Positions 9,493 to 19,186 of a stretch of 64,000 bases of DNA are shown here, piece after piece; the stretch's first letter is position 1; each line of letters begins with the position of its first letter. The position numbers were made by a program, and so were the translations under genes. Location of the stretch: assembly GCA_964291415.2 (NCBI GenBank), contig OZ219920.1:800001-864000 (forward strand), given 5' to 3'. The stretch comes from Alphaproteobacteria bacterium. GTDB lineage: Bacteria > Pseudomonadota > Alphaproteobacteria > SP197. The notes below the pieces were generated by a model. The model was not told where the DNA came from. It worked only from the letters and a program-made list of their open reading frames with translations, and did not search any database.

Positions 9493-10305
9493 TCAAGCGC
9501 CAAAGAAGGCCGTCGCCGAGTCGGCAGCGGAGACGTCGGCCAGATTGAAGTGGAAGGCCGGTCCGGCGCCGCCATCAACGACGATGTCGGAGCCGTTGAT
9601 CCAGGCTGCGTCCTCGGAGAGGGCGAAGACGATCACTCTGGCAACGTCTTCCGGGAGGGCATTGCGTCCTCCCGACTGCGCCTTCAGACGATCCAGGAGG
9701 TCGGCCCCCATCGTGTCGTAGAAATGCCTGAGGAGTGGCGTTTCGACGGCACCCGGACTGACGGAAAGCGACCGCACGCCATAAGGACGCGCCAGCATCG
9801 ATCCCGCCATGGCATAGACGATCACGACTTCCTTGGAAAAATCATAAGAGTCCGGACCGCTCATCGGGTGGTCGCGGACCCACGCCAGTCCCGCGGCATA
9901 GGTGCGTTGGCGAAGCAGCTCGCGGACGAGATCGAGACGCTCCCGCCACGCGTGGCCGGCGTCCGAGGCCACATGGACGATCGCACTGGCGGGTTGCAGC
10001 CGCCCCAGGAGTGACTCGGTGACGTGGCGCAGACCCAGGACATTGACCCGCATCACCGCCTCGCCGTCGTGGCTCCCGGGCAGGCCGGCAACGTTGACGA
10101 GTCCGTGCAGGGGTTCATCGATTGCCGCGAGCGCCGCATCGATGGAAGCGGGATCGGTGAGATCGAAGCGATGGAATTCATCGACGCCGTCGCCGTCGCC
10201 GTTGGCATCGAGCCCGATGACCCGGACTCCGCGTTCGCGCAACAGCGTTGCCGTCGCCCTGCCGATCCCGGAATGGGTTCCGGTCACCACGATGGTCCGC
10301 TTCAT
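9493..10305 (-). CDS. SDR oxidoreductase (coniferyl-alcohol/3-alpha-HSD-like subgroup)
   Basis: Motifs VVTGTHSGIG, NVAG, YDFSKE (YxxxK) and WINGSDIVVDGG. Start overlaps the P450 stop. Confidence 0.88.
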   Translation of the reverse strand: MKRTIVVTGTHSGIGRATATLLRERGVRVIGLDANGDGDGVDEFHRFDLTDPASIDAALAAIDEPLHGLVNVAGLPGSHDGEAVMRVNVLGLRHVTESLLGRLQPASAIVHVASDAGHAWRERLDLVRELLRQRTYAAGLAWVRDHPMSGPDSYDFSKEVVIVYAMAGSMLARPYGVRSLSVSPGAVETPLLRHFYDTMGADLLDRLKAQSGGRNALPEDVARVIVFALSEDAAWINGSDIVVDGGAGPAFHFNLADVSAADSATAFFGA

Positions 10306-11546
10306 GCGTTCAACCGCACCGGCGTGTAGCGACAGGGCAGGTGGCGCATGCCGTTGATGAAGAGACCGTTGATTTCCCGCATGCCGTCGAGATCCACGTC
10401 GAGGTCGGGAAGCGTCTCGAAGAGAACCTTGAAGAGGTGATACATCTCGCGCCGCGCAAGGTGAATGCCCAGGCAGTGGTGAACGCCGCCGCCGCCGAAG
10501 CCGACGTGATCGTTGGGCGATCGTCTGATGTCGAAACGCTGGGGGTCGTCGAACACGGTCTCGTCGCGGTTGGCCGAGACATACCAGAACACCACCTGTT
10601 CGCCCGCGGCCACGCGCTGGCCGAGAATCTCCGTGTCGCGGGCCACCGTGCGACCGAAATGCACGACGGGACTGGCATACCGGACGATCTCTTCCATCGC
10701 TGTCGCCGCCAGTCCGTCGTAGTCCTCCCGCCAGCAACGCCACTGGTCGGGATGCCTGGCGAGAAAGCTCATTCCCTGGCCCAGCGAACTCGAGGTGGTG
10801 TCGATTCCGGCGGTAATCAGAAGCTGAAAGTAGATCCCGATGTCGTAGTCACGGAGTTTCTGCCCATCGACCTCGGCGGCGATCATCATCGAGACGAGGT
10901 CGTCGCCCGGCGCCTTGCGCCGGGCGCGGCATATCTCTTCGCCATAGGCGTTGAGAGCATAGAAGGCGGCCATGGACTCCTCTTCGTCGCCACCCAGTTC
11001 ATCACCGTATCCCTGGGCCACGATGCTGAGGCGGGCCAGCTCGTCGCGGTCGTTGCCCTCCGGGACGGCGAGCATGTCGCAGATCACCTTGGTGGGCATG
11101 CGGCTGGCGATGTCGCCGGCGAAATCGCACTGGCCGCGCTCGCTGATCTCCGCGATCACGGTGCGGGCCGAGGCGGCGATGGCGCCCTCGAGGTCCCGCA
11201 GCAGGCGCGGCGTGAAGGTCTTGGCCAGAATGCCCCTCAGACGCGGGTGAACGGGAGCGTCCCGGTTGACCATGCCGGCGACGTCGTAGGCAATGTCGGG
11301 GCCGTCGATGGTGGTCATGCCGGTCCCGTAGTGTGACAGGAAGAGCTGTGCGTTCCTGGTGATGTCGCGTGTTTCCCGGTGCCTGGTGAGCGACCAGTAG
11401 GTCGTGTCGCTGTCCGGCACCGATTGCAGCGAGATCGGTTGTTCCCGGCGGAAGCGGGCCAGAATGTCGTGCTTGTCGGGCCGACTCCAGAACGCCGGTT
11501 CGGCAAGACAGATCCCGTCCAGGCTCTCTGTGGCCGCTTGTGTCAT
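10302..11546 (-). CDS. Cytochrome P450
   Basis: I-helix AGIDTT, ExxR motif EEIVR, and heme ligand motif FGGGGVHHCLG. Confidence 0.95.
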   Translation of the reverse strand: MTQAATESLDGICLAEPAFWSRPDKHDILARFRREQPISLQSVPDSDTTYWSLTRHRETRDITRNAQLFLSHYGTGMTTIDGPDIAYDVAGMVNRDAPVHPRLRGILAKTFTPRLLRDLEGAIAASARTVIAEISERGQCDFAGDIASRMPTKVICDMLAVPEGNDRDELARLSIVAQGYGDELGGDEEESMAAFYALNAYGEEICRARRKAPGDDLVSMMIAAEVDGQKLRDYDIGIYFQLLITAGIDTTSSSLGQGMSFLARHPDQWRCWREDYDGLAATAMEEIVRYASPVVHFGRTVARDTEILGQRVAAGEQVVFWYVSANRDETVFDDPQRFDIRRSPNDHVGFGGGGVHHCLGIHLARREMYHLFKVLFETLPDLDVDLDGMREINGLFINGMRHLPCRYTPVRLNA

Positions 11547-11602
11547 GGACCCATTATCGGCGACAGACTCATGGACGCAACAGCATGGACCGGTGTCGCG
11601 GT

Positions 11603-12331
11603 TCAGACGAGGTGCTGGCCGCCGGTCACCATGATCTCGGTGCCGGTGACGAAAGCGGCGTCGGCGGAACACAGGTAGACAATCGTGCCGGCCACCTCGT
11701 CGGCGGTTCCCATGCGCCCCAGGGGAATTCGCGGCACGAGGTCCTGGTAGTCCTCCGACACCATGGCGGTCTCGATCTCGCCGGGCGACACGGCGTTCAC
11801 CCGGACATCGAGATGGGCGAACTCCGCCGCCATTTCCCGGGTCAGCGCCGACAGCGCCGCCTTGGAACACGCGTAGGCGCTGCCCGCGAAGGGGTGGATT
11901 CGGTGACCGGCGATCGAGGTGACGTTGACGACGGTACCCTTGCCCCGGTGCAGCGCCGCGGCAAACCCCCGGGCGAGAATGAGCGGGGCGAAGAAGTTGA
12001 GGTCGAAGACCTCGCGCCAGTGATCGAGGCTGCCATTGAGGGTACCGAGGCGTTCGGCGAAACTGGTCTTCGGAGAAACCCCCGCGTTGTTGATGAGGGC
12101 GTGGACCGGCCCGTCGCCGATGATGCCGCTGGCGCGGGCGATGAAGGATTCGAGACTTCCTTCATCCGAGAGATCGGCCGGAAAATGGTGATGTGGCGAG
12201 TCCGCCACCCGCCTGTCCTCCGGGATGTCGTCGCGCGAGCAACTCAGGACGCGCCAGCCTTCCTCGTAGAACCGGATGACTGTCTGGTGTCCGATGCCGC
12301 GGCTGGCCCCGGTGATGATCACTGTCTTCAC
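11603..12331 (-). CDS. SDR family oxidoreductase
   Basis: Motifs TGASRGIG, NNAG, YACSK and VNAVSPG. Confidence 0.92.
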   Translation of the reverse strand: MKTVIITGASRGIGHQTVIRFYEEGWRVLSCSRDDIPEDRRVADSPHHHFPADLSDEGSLESFIARASGIIGDGPVHALINNAGVSPKTSFAERLGTLNGSLDHWREVFDLNFFAPLILARGFAAALHRGKGTVVNVTSIAGHRIHPFAGSAYACSKAALSALTREMAAEFAHLDVRVNAVSPGEIETAMVSEDYQDLVPRIPLGRMGTADEVAGTIVYLCSADAAFVTGTEIMVTGGQHLV

Positions 12332-12340
12332 GACACGGCC

Positions 12341-13204
12341 TCAGTGCGTGAACAGCACCGGCAGATCTGCATGATTGAGAATGAACCGCGTGGCGCCGCC
12401 GAGAATGAGCTGCCTGAGCTTCCCCTGGCTGAAGGCGCCCATGACCACGAACCTGGCGTCCTCGCTGCGGGCGATGTCGAGCAGGGTGTGCCCGATATTG
12501 GTCCAGTTCGTCGGCAGGTTGTGGACATGGCACCTGATGTCATGATGGGCGAGATACTCCGTCAGGGCATCCGGGCCTGGTCCCCGCATCGAGCTCTCCT
12601 CGGGCGCCATGATGGTGACTTCCTCGGCCTCCGTGAGCAGCGGCATGGCCCTGTGCACGGCGCGCGCCGCCTCCGCACTGCCGTTCCATGCAATGGCCGC
12701 ATTGCCCTTGAGGTCGCTGACATGGCCAGGCGGCACCAGGAGCAGGCCGCTTCCCGATTCCATGAGCACGGATTCGGCGACCACTTCTTCCTTGGCGTCG
12801 CCATGGGAGGTCGGTCGGGGAGCGATCACCAGGTCCGACAACCGTCCCCGCTCGGCGATGACCTCGTCCTCGCGTCCTTCCTGCTGCACGAAGGTGATGG
12901 AAAGACCGTGCCGGGGGGCTCGCGCGGCAATCGTGATGCCGTGTTTTTCTGCAAGATCCTTCAGGGCCGTCGAAGCGAAGTCGGCCCGTTGCTCGATATC
13001 CTGTTCGGCCGTCGAGACAATCTCCTCGATGACGGCGCCGGTCATGCCTTCGGTCATGAAGGCGACGGCGTCGCGCGGATTGCGTCGCACGTTGACGACC
13101 TCGACGTGGGCATCGAAGCGCCGGGCCACCAGGAGCGCCGACTCGACGGCGCCAAGGCCGTCTTCGGTGCCGGTCGCTGCAACCAGGATCTTCGATATCG
13201 GCAT
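12341..13204 (-). CDS. Universal stress protein (two Usp domains)
   Basis: Motifs ISKILVA, AWNGSAEAARA and VMGAFSQGKLRQLILGGATRFIL. GGAGG RBS. Confidence 0.88.
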   Translation of the reverse strand: MPISKILVAATGTEDGLGAVESALLVARRFDAHVEVVNVRRNPRDAVAFMTEGMTGAVIEEIVSTAEQDIEQRADFASTALKDLAEKHGITIAARAPRHGLSITFVQQEGREDEVIAERGRLSDLVIAPRPTSHGDAKEEVVAESVLMESGSGLLLVPPGHVSDLKGNAAIAWNGSAEAARAVHRAMPLLTEAEEVTIMAPEESSMRGPGPDALTEYLAHHDIRCHVHNLPTNWTNIGHTLLDIARSEDARFVVMGAFSQGKLRQLILGGATRFILNHADLPVLFTH

Positions 13205-13271
13205 GATGTTCCTCCGAATCCTCCCGTGACAGTGTAGTGCGGTCGGCTCCAACCTTCCACGCCGCAACCGG

Positions 13272-13862
13272 TCAGGGGAAGAGTCGCGCCACCCGCCAGG
13301 CGCCATCGTCGCTGGTGCGCGTGTACTGGATGCGCTCGTGCAGGCGGAACGGCTTTGCCTGCCAGAACTCGACGAGATCGGGTATGACGCGGAACCCCGA
13401 CCAGTGGGCCGGCCGGGGAATGCGCCCGACGTGAAACCTCACCGCCATGCGGGCGACATTCCTTTCGAGATCACGCACGCCTTTCATGGGCCGCGACTGG
13501 TCGCTGGCCCAGGCGCCGATCTGGCTGTCCCTCGGCCTGCTGGCGAAGTAGGCATCGGCTTCGTCGTCGCTCACCGGCTCGACCCTGCCCTGGATCCTCA
13601 CCTGGCGCTCGAGGGGCATCCAGTGAAAGCACAGCGCTGCCTTCGGGTTGGCCAGGAGTTCGCCGCCCTTGCGGCTCTCCAGGTTGGTGTAGAAGACGAA
13701 CCCCTCCGGTCCGTGACCCTTCAGCAGGACCATGCGCAATGATGGCTGACCGGAGGCATCGGCGGTCGCCAGGGCCATCGCGGCGGGTTCCTTCAGCCCG
13801 CATTGCCGGGCCTCGTCATACCAGCGCGCGAAGATCGAGAAGGGGCATTCGGTGTCGTTCAT
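13272..13862 (-). CDS. pdxH: Pyridoxamine 5'-phosphate oxidase
   Basis: Motifs AMALATA, RMVLLK, FYTNLESRKG, RQVRIQG and EFWQAKPFRLHER. Confidence 0.96.
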   Translation of the reverse strand: MNDTECPFSIFARWYDEARQCGLKEPAAMALATADASGQPSLRMVLLKGHGPEGFVFYTNLESRKGGELLANPKAALCFHWMPLERQVRIQGRVEPVSDDEADAYFASRPRDSQIGAWASDQSRPMKGVRDLERNVARMAVRFHVGRIPRPAHWSGFRVIPDLVEFWQAKPFRLHERIQYTRTSDDGAWRVARLFP

Positions 13863-13981
13863 GATCCAGACACTTCGCTTTTTCTTCACCTCGTGCGACA
13901 AATCACACAAGATGGTCCGGTATCCGCCACGGGATGGCAACCGGTCTCCCGTTCGGTTCAACCTTCACCAGGAATAATGAC

Positions 13982-14458
13982 ATGATTGCAATCAGGATCG
14001 CGGCGGCGATGCTCGCCGCCACTCTCATCCTCCCGGCGTGTTCCCAGACGGCGGGAGACAAGGCAACCGCCGGAACAATCCTCGGGGGCATTGGCGGGGC
14101 GGTGCTCGGATCCGAGGTCGGCGGCGGCAGCGGCCGGATCATCGCAACGGCGGTGGGGGGTGTCATCGGCGCCTGGCTTGGCTCCGAGATCGGCGCATCG
14201 CTCGACAGGGCCGATCAGGCCTACGCGGCCCAGGCCCAGGAGCAGGCTCACCAGGTGCCCGTCGGCAGCCAGGTGACATGGAACAACCCGGAGTCGGGCA
14301 ATCACGGCACTGTCATACCGCAGCGCGACGGCCAGGATCAGAATGGCAACTACTGCAGGGAGTACCAGACCACGGTGACCATCGGTGGCGAAACCCATCA
14401 GGCCTATGGCACGGCCTGCCGCCAGCCGGACGGCACATGGGTCATTGTCGAAACCTGA
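13982..14458 (+). CDS. 17 kDa surface antigen-like lipoprotein (glycine zipper, RT0821/Lpp0805 family)
   Basis: Lipobox LPAC, a glycine zipper, and WNNPESGNHG...YCREYQTTVTIGG..AYGTACRQPDGTW. Confidence 0.9.
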   Translation: MIAIRIAAAMLAATLILPACSQTAGDKATAGTILGGIGGAVLGSEVGGGSGRIIATAVGGVIGAWLGSEIGASLDRADQAYAAQAQEQAHQVPVGSQVTWNNPESGNHGTVIPQRDGQDQNGNYCREYQTTVTIGGETHQAYGTACRQPDGTWVIVET

Positions 14459-14565
14459 ATGGTTCTGCCTCGTTCCCGCTCGCTGTCCGGCGCCCTGGCT
14501 GCGTGGCCGGGGTCCCGTGTTATGTGTAGGATCGATCGTCTGTCGTCACTGAACCCGGGTATGCC

Positions 14566-15381
14566 ATGACCAACGCCGCCCCGCTCCTCGCCGGAAAGCG
14601 CGGCCTCATCATGGGTGTGGCCAATGACCGGTCGATTGCCTGGGGGATCTCCCGTACCCTCGCGTCCGCCGGTGCGGAGATCGGATTCACCTATCAGGGC
14701 GATCTCTTTGCCAGGCGCGTCAAGCCCCTGGCGGAATCGATCGGCGCAACCCTTGTCATCGACTGCGACGTCACGGATGACGCCAGCGTCGACAGCGCCT
14801 TCGAGAGCGTCGCCTCGAGCTGGGGCTCGATGGACTTCCTGGTGCATGCCATTGCCTTCTCGGATCGCGACCAGCTCAAGGGGCGATATGCGGACACGAC
14901 CCGCGACAACTTCCTGCACACGATGGACGTGTCCTGCTACAGTTTCACGTCCGTCGCCCGGCGCAGTGCCGATCTGATGCCCCATGGCGGCAGCCTTGTG
15001 ACTCTCACCTACTATGGCGCCGAGCGCTGGATGCCCCACTACAACGTCATGGGTGTTGCCAAGGCGGCCCTTGAATCCAGCGTGCGCTATCTTGCTGCCG
15101 ACTTCGGTGAGCAGGCCGTGCGTGTGAATGCCATTTCGGCTGGTCCCATCAAGACCCTCGCCGCTTCCGGAATCGGCGATTTCCACTACATTCTCAAGTG
15201 GAACGAACTCAATGCTCCGCTCGGCCGGAACCTCAGTATCGACGAGGTCGGACAGGCTGCTCTCTATCTCGTCAGCGATCTTTCCACGGCGGTCACCGGC
15301 GAAATCCATCATGTCGACTGCGGCTACCACGTCGTCGGCATGAAGAACCCGAAGGCGCCGGATATCTCCGTCGTTAGCTAG
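14566..15381 (+). CDS. fabI: Enoyl-ACP reductase
   Basis: Motifs [25 protein letters not shown] and [13 protein letters not shown]. Confidence 0.97.
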   Translation: MTNAAPLLAGKRGLIMGVANDRSIAWGISRTLASAGAEIGFTYQGDLFARRVKPLAESIGATLVIDCDVTDDASVDSAFESVASSWGSMDFLVHAIAFSDRDQLKGRYADTTRDNFLHTMDVSCYSFTSVARRSADLMPHGGSLVTLTYYGAERWMPHYNVMGVAKAALESSVRYLAADFGEQAVRVNAISAGPIKTLAASGIGDFHYILKWNELNAPLGRNLSIDEVGQAALYLVSDLSTAVTGEIHHVDCGYHVVGMKNPKAPDISVVS

Positions 15382-15385
15382 GGCC

Positions 15386-16456
15386 ATGGCGTCGAACAGC
15401 TTCGGGCAGGTCTTCCGGGTCACGACCTGGGGCGAGAGCCACGGCCCCCGCATCGGCTGCGTGGTCGATGGCGTGCCGCCGCGAATTCCCATCAGCGAGG
15501 ACGAGATCCAGCACTGGATGGATCGCCGTCGGCCCGGAACGTCGCGATACACGACCCAGCGCCGCGAACCCGACCGGGTGTCGATCGTCTCGGGCTGGTT
15601 CGAGGGCATGACCACCGGTACCCCCCTTGCCATGACAGTGGAGAATGTCGATCAGCGCTCCCGCGACTATGACGACCTCACCTCCGTATGGCGTCCGGGC
15701 CATGCCGACTACACCTATGACGTGAAGTATGGCATCCGCGACTGGCGCGGCAGCGGAAGAGCGAGCGCCCGGGAGACCGCGATGCGCGTGGCCGCCGGCG
15801 CCGTGGCCCGCAAGGTCCTGGGCGAGGCGATCGTCATCAGGGGAGCGGTGGTCCAGATCGGCCCTCACGCCATCGACAGGTCGGCCTGGGACTGGGAGGA
15901 AACCGGCCGCAATCCCTTCTGGTGTCCCGACTGCGCCATGGCGTCGCACTGGGCGGATTACCTTGACGGGGTGCGCAAGGAGGGATCGTCGGCAGGCGCC
16001 GTGATCGAGATTCGCGCCTCGGGCGTACCCGCGGGCCTGGGAAGTCCGGTCTATGGCAAGCTCGACAGCGACCTGGCTGCCGCCATGATGTCCATCAACG
16101 CCGTCAAGGGGGTCGAGATCGGCGATGGATTCGCCCTGGCCTCCGCGCCGGGCACGGAGGCAGCCGACGAGATGCGCTCCGGCGGGAATGGCCCACAATT
16201 CCTGTCAAACCGGGCGGGAGGCATTCTCGGGGGCATTTCGACCGGCGAGGAGCTGATCGTGCGCTTCGCGGTCAAGCCGACGAGCTCGATCTATCACGAG
16301 CGGCGCACCGTCACGAACGAGGGGCATGACACGACGGTCCGGGTCACCGGCCGCCACGATCCGTGCGTCGGCATCCGGGCCGTACCCGTCGGCGAGGCGA
16401 TGATGGCCTGTGTCCTCGCCGACCACCTGCTGCGTCACAAGGCCCAGTGCGGCTGA
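15386..16456 (+). CDS. aroC: Chorismate synthase
   Basis: Motifs [22 protein letters not shown] and GRHDPC. Confidence 0.97.
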   Translation: MASNSFGQVFRVTTWGESHGPRIGCVVDGVPPRIPISEDEIQHWMDRRRPGTSRYTTQRREPDRVSIVSGWFEGMTTGTPLAMTVENVDQRSRDYDDLTSVWRPGHADYTYDVKYGIRDWRGSGRASARETAMRVAAGAVARKVLGEAIVIRGAVVQIGPHAIDRSAWDWEETGRNPFWCPDCAMASHWADYLDGVRKEGSSAGAVIEIRASGVPAGLGSPVYGKLDSDLAAAMMSINAVKGVEIGDGFALASAPGTEAADEMRSGGNGPQFLSNRAGGILGGISTGEELIVRFAVKPTSSIYHERRTVTNEGHDTTVRVTGRHDPCVGIRAVPVGEAMMACVLADHLLRHKAQCG

Positions 16457-16535
16457 TCCCGTGACCATTGCGCTGGCCGATGCTGCACCGATCTGAACGG
16501 GCGCCCTCCGTTTCCCGGGCAGGTCGCACAGGGCC

Positions 16536-18935
16536 CTAGGAGCGGTCACGTGACCGCGTGAGCGCGCGTGTGCCCGGTTCCGCGTCGATCTTCATGAGCA
16601 GCGGGGGCAGCAGGAAAAAATCGGCCAGGAGCGCCAGGGCGATGACCAGCGCGGTGAGCCTGCCCATGCTGGCGTTGAGTTCGAAGCTGGAGAAGCTGAC
16701 CACGACGAATCCGGCCACCAGCACAAGGGATGTCGTGACCAGGGCGCGGCCCACGGTACGGAAGGCAACGCGCACGGCATCGGGAGAGTCATGTCCGAGT
16801 TCGCGGCGGGCCCTGCGGTACTTGCTCAGGAAGTGCACCGTGTCGTCGACCACGATGCCGAGCGTCATGGCCGTCACCATGGAAAGCGACACCCCGACCT
16901 CTCCGACCGCCCACCCCCAGATGCCGAAGCCAAGCGCGCCGGGAACAAGATTCGGGACCAGGCTGGCGATTCCGAGCCGCAGGGATCGCAGTGCGAGTAT
17001 GAGGACGAAGGAGATTCCGACGAGTGCGATCGTGGTCCCCAGCAGCATCGCGACAATGTTGCGCCGACCGAAATGGGCGAACATCAGGGTGCCGCCGGCG
17101 CTCTCGACGCGGGTGATGTTCGGCGCGTTGTCCGCGAGCCAACGCAACGCGCGTCGATCAAGAGCGATCACGTCGTTGGACGAGAGGGTCTGGGTCGCCA
17201 CCGTCATGCGGGTCGCCGATTTGCCGACGTCGATCTGGTTGTTGAGATCCAGGCCGAATGGAAGGGACAACTCGTAGAGCAGCAGGAGTTGCGCGGCCAG
17301 CTCCCCGCTCGCGGGCAGACGGTACTCGGCAGGATCGTCGCCGTGCATGCTCATGTTGAGCCGCCGAAACGTGTCGGAGATGGCGTTGACGTGGATCGTC
17401 TCGGGTTGCTGGCGGTACCACTCCGCGAACGCGGCAAGATCGGAAAGATAGGCGGGGTCGGTGATCGCTCCGGGCGCGCCTGCGGCGAGCGCGTACTCCA
17501 TGGTGTAGAGGCCCGTGAGGTTCTCGACGGTGAAATCCGCGTCGCGGCGAAACTCGACGCTCTCGTCGAAATAGTGAAGGAAGACGTCGTTCAGTTCATT
17601 GCGGGGTATCGAGACGACAAGCGCCAGCACGATCGCACAGAACCCCCACCCCAGCGCGCGACGCCGGCGGATCACGAATTCTCCAAGAGCGGCCATCGCC
17701 GCGTCGCGACGGTCCCTGGTCGCGCGTACCCGGATCGGCAGCAGCGAGAGCAGTGCCGGCAGAAGGGTCACGGACAACACGAACGCGGCGCCGACCCCGA
17801 ACGCCACGAAGGTGCCCAGATGACGCAGAGGCGGGGACTCGGAGAAGTTCATGCTGAGGAAGCCGAGCGCGGTGGTCAGGCAGGCCAGGAAGACCGGCTG
17901 GAGATTGATCCGCATCGACTCGACGATCGCACTTCGCTTGATCCCGCCGTCGGCGAGGAGAGAAGGCGGGCCGCCCGCGTCCCGGTCCGCCGGCGCGCGC
18001 GACGAATCGTTCCGCATGTGGTGGACGAGGCTCGAGAATATGTGGACGCAGCTCGCGATCGCGACCGTGAGCACGACCACCGGCGCAACGGCGGACGGCG
18101 CCGTCATCGGCAGCCCCACCCAGCCTCCGAGCCCCACCGCGGTCATGACGGAGAGTGCAACCACGAGCATGATCGCGAGGGTCCCGCCCAATCCCCCCGT
18201 CAGGAGAACCAGCATCAGGATCATGGCTGCGAAGCTCGCCGGGACCAGGATCTTGAGATCGCGCAGCGAGACCTCCATGAAGGCCTGGTTGAAGATCACC
18301 AGGCCCGTCACGCGCACGTCGATTCCGGGGAATCGCTCGCCAACCTGGTCGGCAAGTCCGTACGAGAACCTGGCGACCCGGGAGCCTTCGCGCATCTGGT
18401 TCCCGTCCGGCAGCACCACGGTGACGTTGACGCCGCTGGCCCCGCCGTCGGCTGCCATCAGGCGCCCCGAGAGCAGCGGTTCGGCCAGGGCGACCGCACG
18501 AATGCGGGACCGCTCGTCGCCGTCGCCGAGAGCGGCGTCGTCCACGAGATCGCGGACCAGAATGTCGTCTTCGGCGGCCGTGGTGTGCTGGTAGTTGGTC
18601 AGCGAGTCGACGCGGGTGGCGTAGGGAATCTCCCACGACCGTTCGGTGAGCCAGAGCGCGGCCTCCAGCGCCAGGGCGGAGGTAGCGTCGCGGTCTTCGG
18701 GCACGACGGCGAAGAACACGTTGCTGGCCTCGCCGTAGGTGTTCTCCATTGCCTCGCTTGCCAGGAGTTCGGGATTGTCCCTGGAGAAGTAGATCCGGTC
18801 ATCGGCCGAGAACTCGAGAAACGCCGTTCCGCTGGCGGCGATTGCGACCAGGACCAGAGCGACGCCGACAATCGGCCACCGGAACTCGATGGCCCAAGCG
18901 CCCAGCCGCGACTCCAACTCGCGTACCGTCAGCAT
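16536..18935 (-). CDS. MMPL/RND family transporter
   Basis: Two repeats of TM + periplasmic domain + 5 TM. Motifs LTTALGFLS and LGIVVDDTVHFL. Confidence 0.9.
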   Translation of the reverse strand: MLTVRELESRLGAWAIEFRWPIVGVALVLVAIAASGTAFLEFSADDRIYFSRDNPELLASEAMENTYGEASNVFFAVVPEDRDATSALALEAALWLTERSWEIPYATRVDSLTNYQHTTAAEDDILVRDLVDDAALGDGDERSRIRAVALAEPLLSGRLMAADGGASGVNVTVVLPDGNQMREGSRVARFSYGLADQVGERFPGIDVRVTGLVIFNQAFMEVSLRDLKILVPASFAAMILMLVLLTGGLGGTLAIMLVVALSVMTAVGLGGWVGLPMTAPSAVAPVVVLTVAIASCVHIFSSLVHHMRNDSSRAPADRDAGGPPSLLADGGIKRSAIVESMRINLQPVFLACLTTALGFLSMNFSESPPLRHLGTFVAFGVGAAFVLSVTLLPALLSLLPIRVRATRDRRDAAMAALGEFVIRRRRALGWGFCAIVLALVVSIPRNELNDVFLHYFDESVEFRRDADFTVENLTGLYTMEYALAAGAPGAITDPAYLSDLAAFAEWYRQQPETIHVNAISDTFRRLNMSMHGDDPAEYRLPASGELAAQLLLLYELSLPFGLDLNNQIDVGKSATRMTVATQTLSSNDVIALDRRALRWLADNAPNITRVESAGGTLMFAHFGRRNIVAMLLGTTIALVGISFVLILALRSLRLGIASLVPNLVPGALGFGIWGWAVGEVGVSLSMVTAMTLGIVVDDTVHFLSKYRRARRELGHDSPDAVRVAFRTVGRALVTTSLVLVAGFVVVSFSSFELNASMGRLTALVIALALLADFFLLPPLLMKIDAEPGTRALTRSRDRS

Positions 18936-19186
18936 GGCGGGCTTTCAGAGCGGCTCACACCCGGCTCCCGTATCCGGCCTGACCGGCATCTTACGTCGCG
19001 GCGGCCGGTGCGCGGTACACGAATCGCGATCAGGCAAGCGAGTTGAAGCACAGGCGGGCGCGCAGTGGAGAGGCTGTCCCGCCGCCCGATACGAGGTCAA
19101 CGGGCTTCAAGCCGAAGCCAGGACTTGATATGCCTCCCTTGCTTCAGGCGTGTGGTTGCGACCCGTTTCACAATGGGAGGTCGCCG

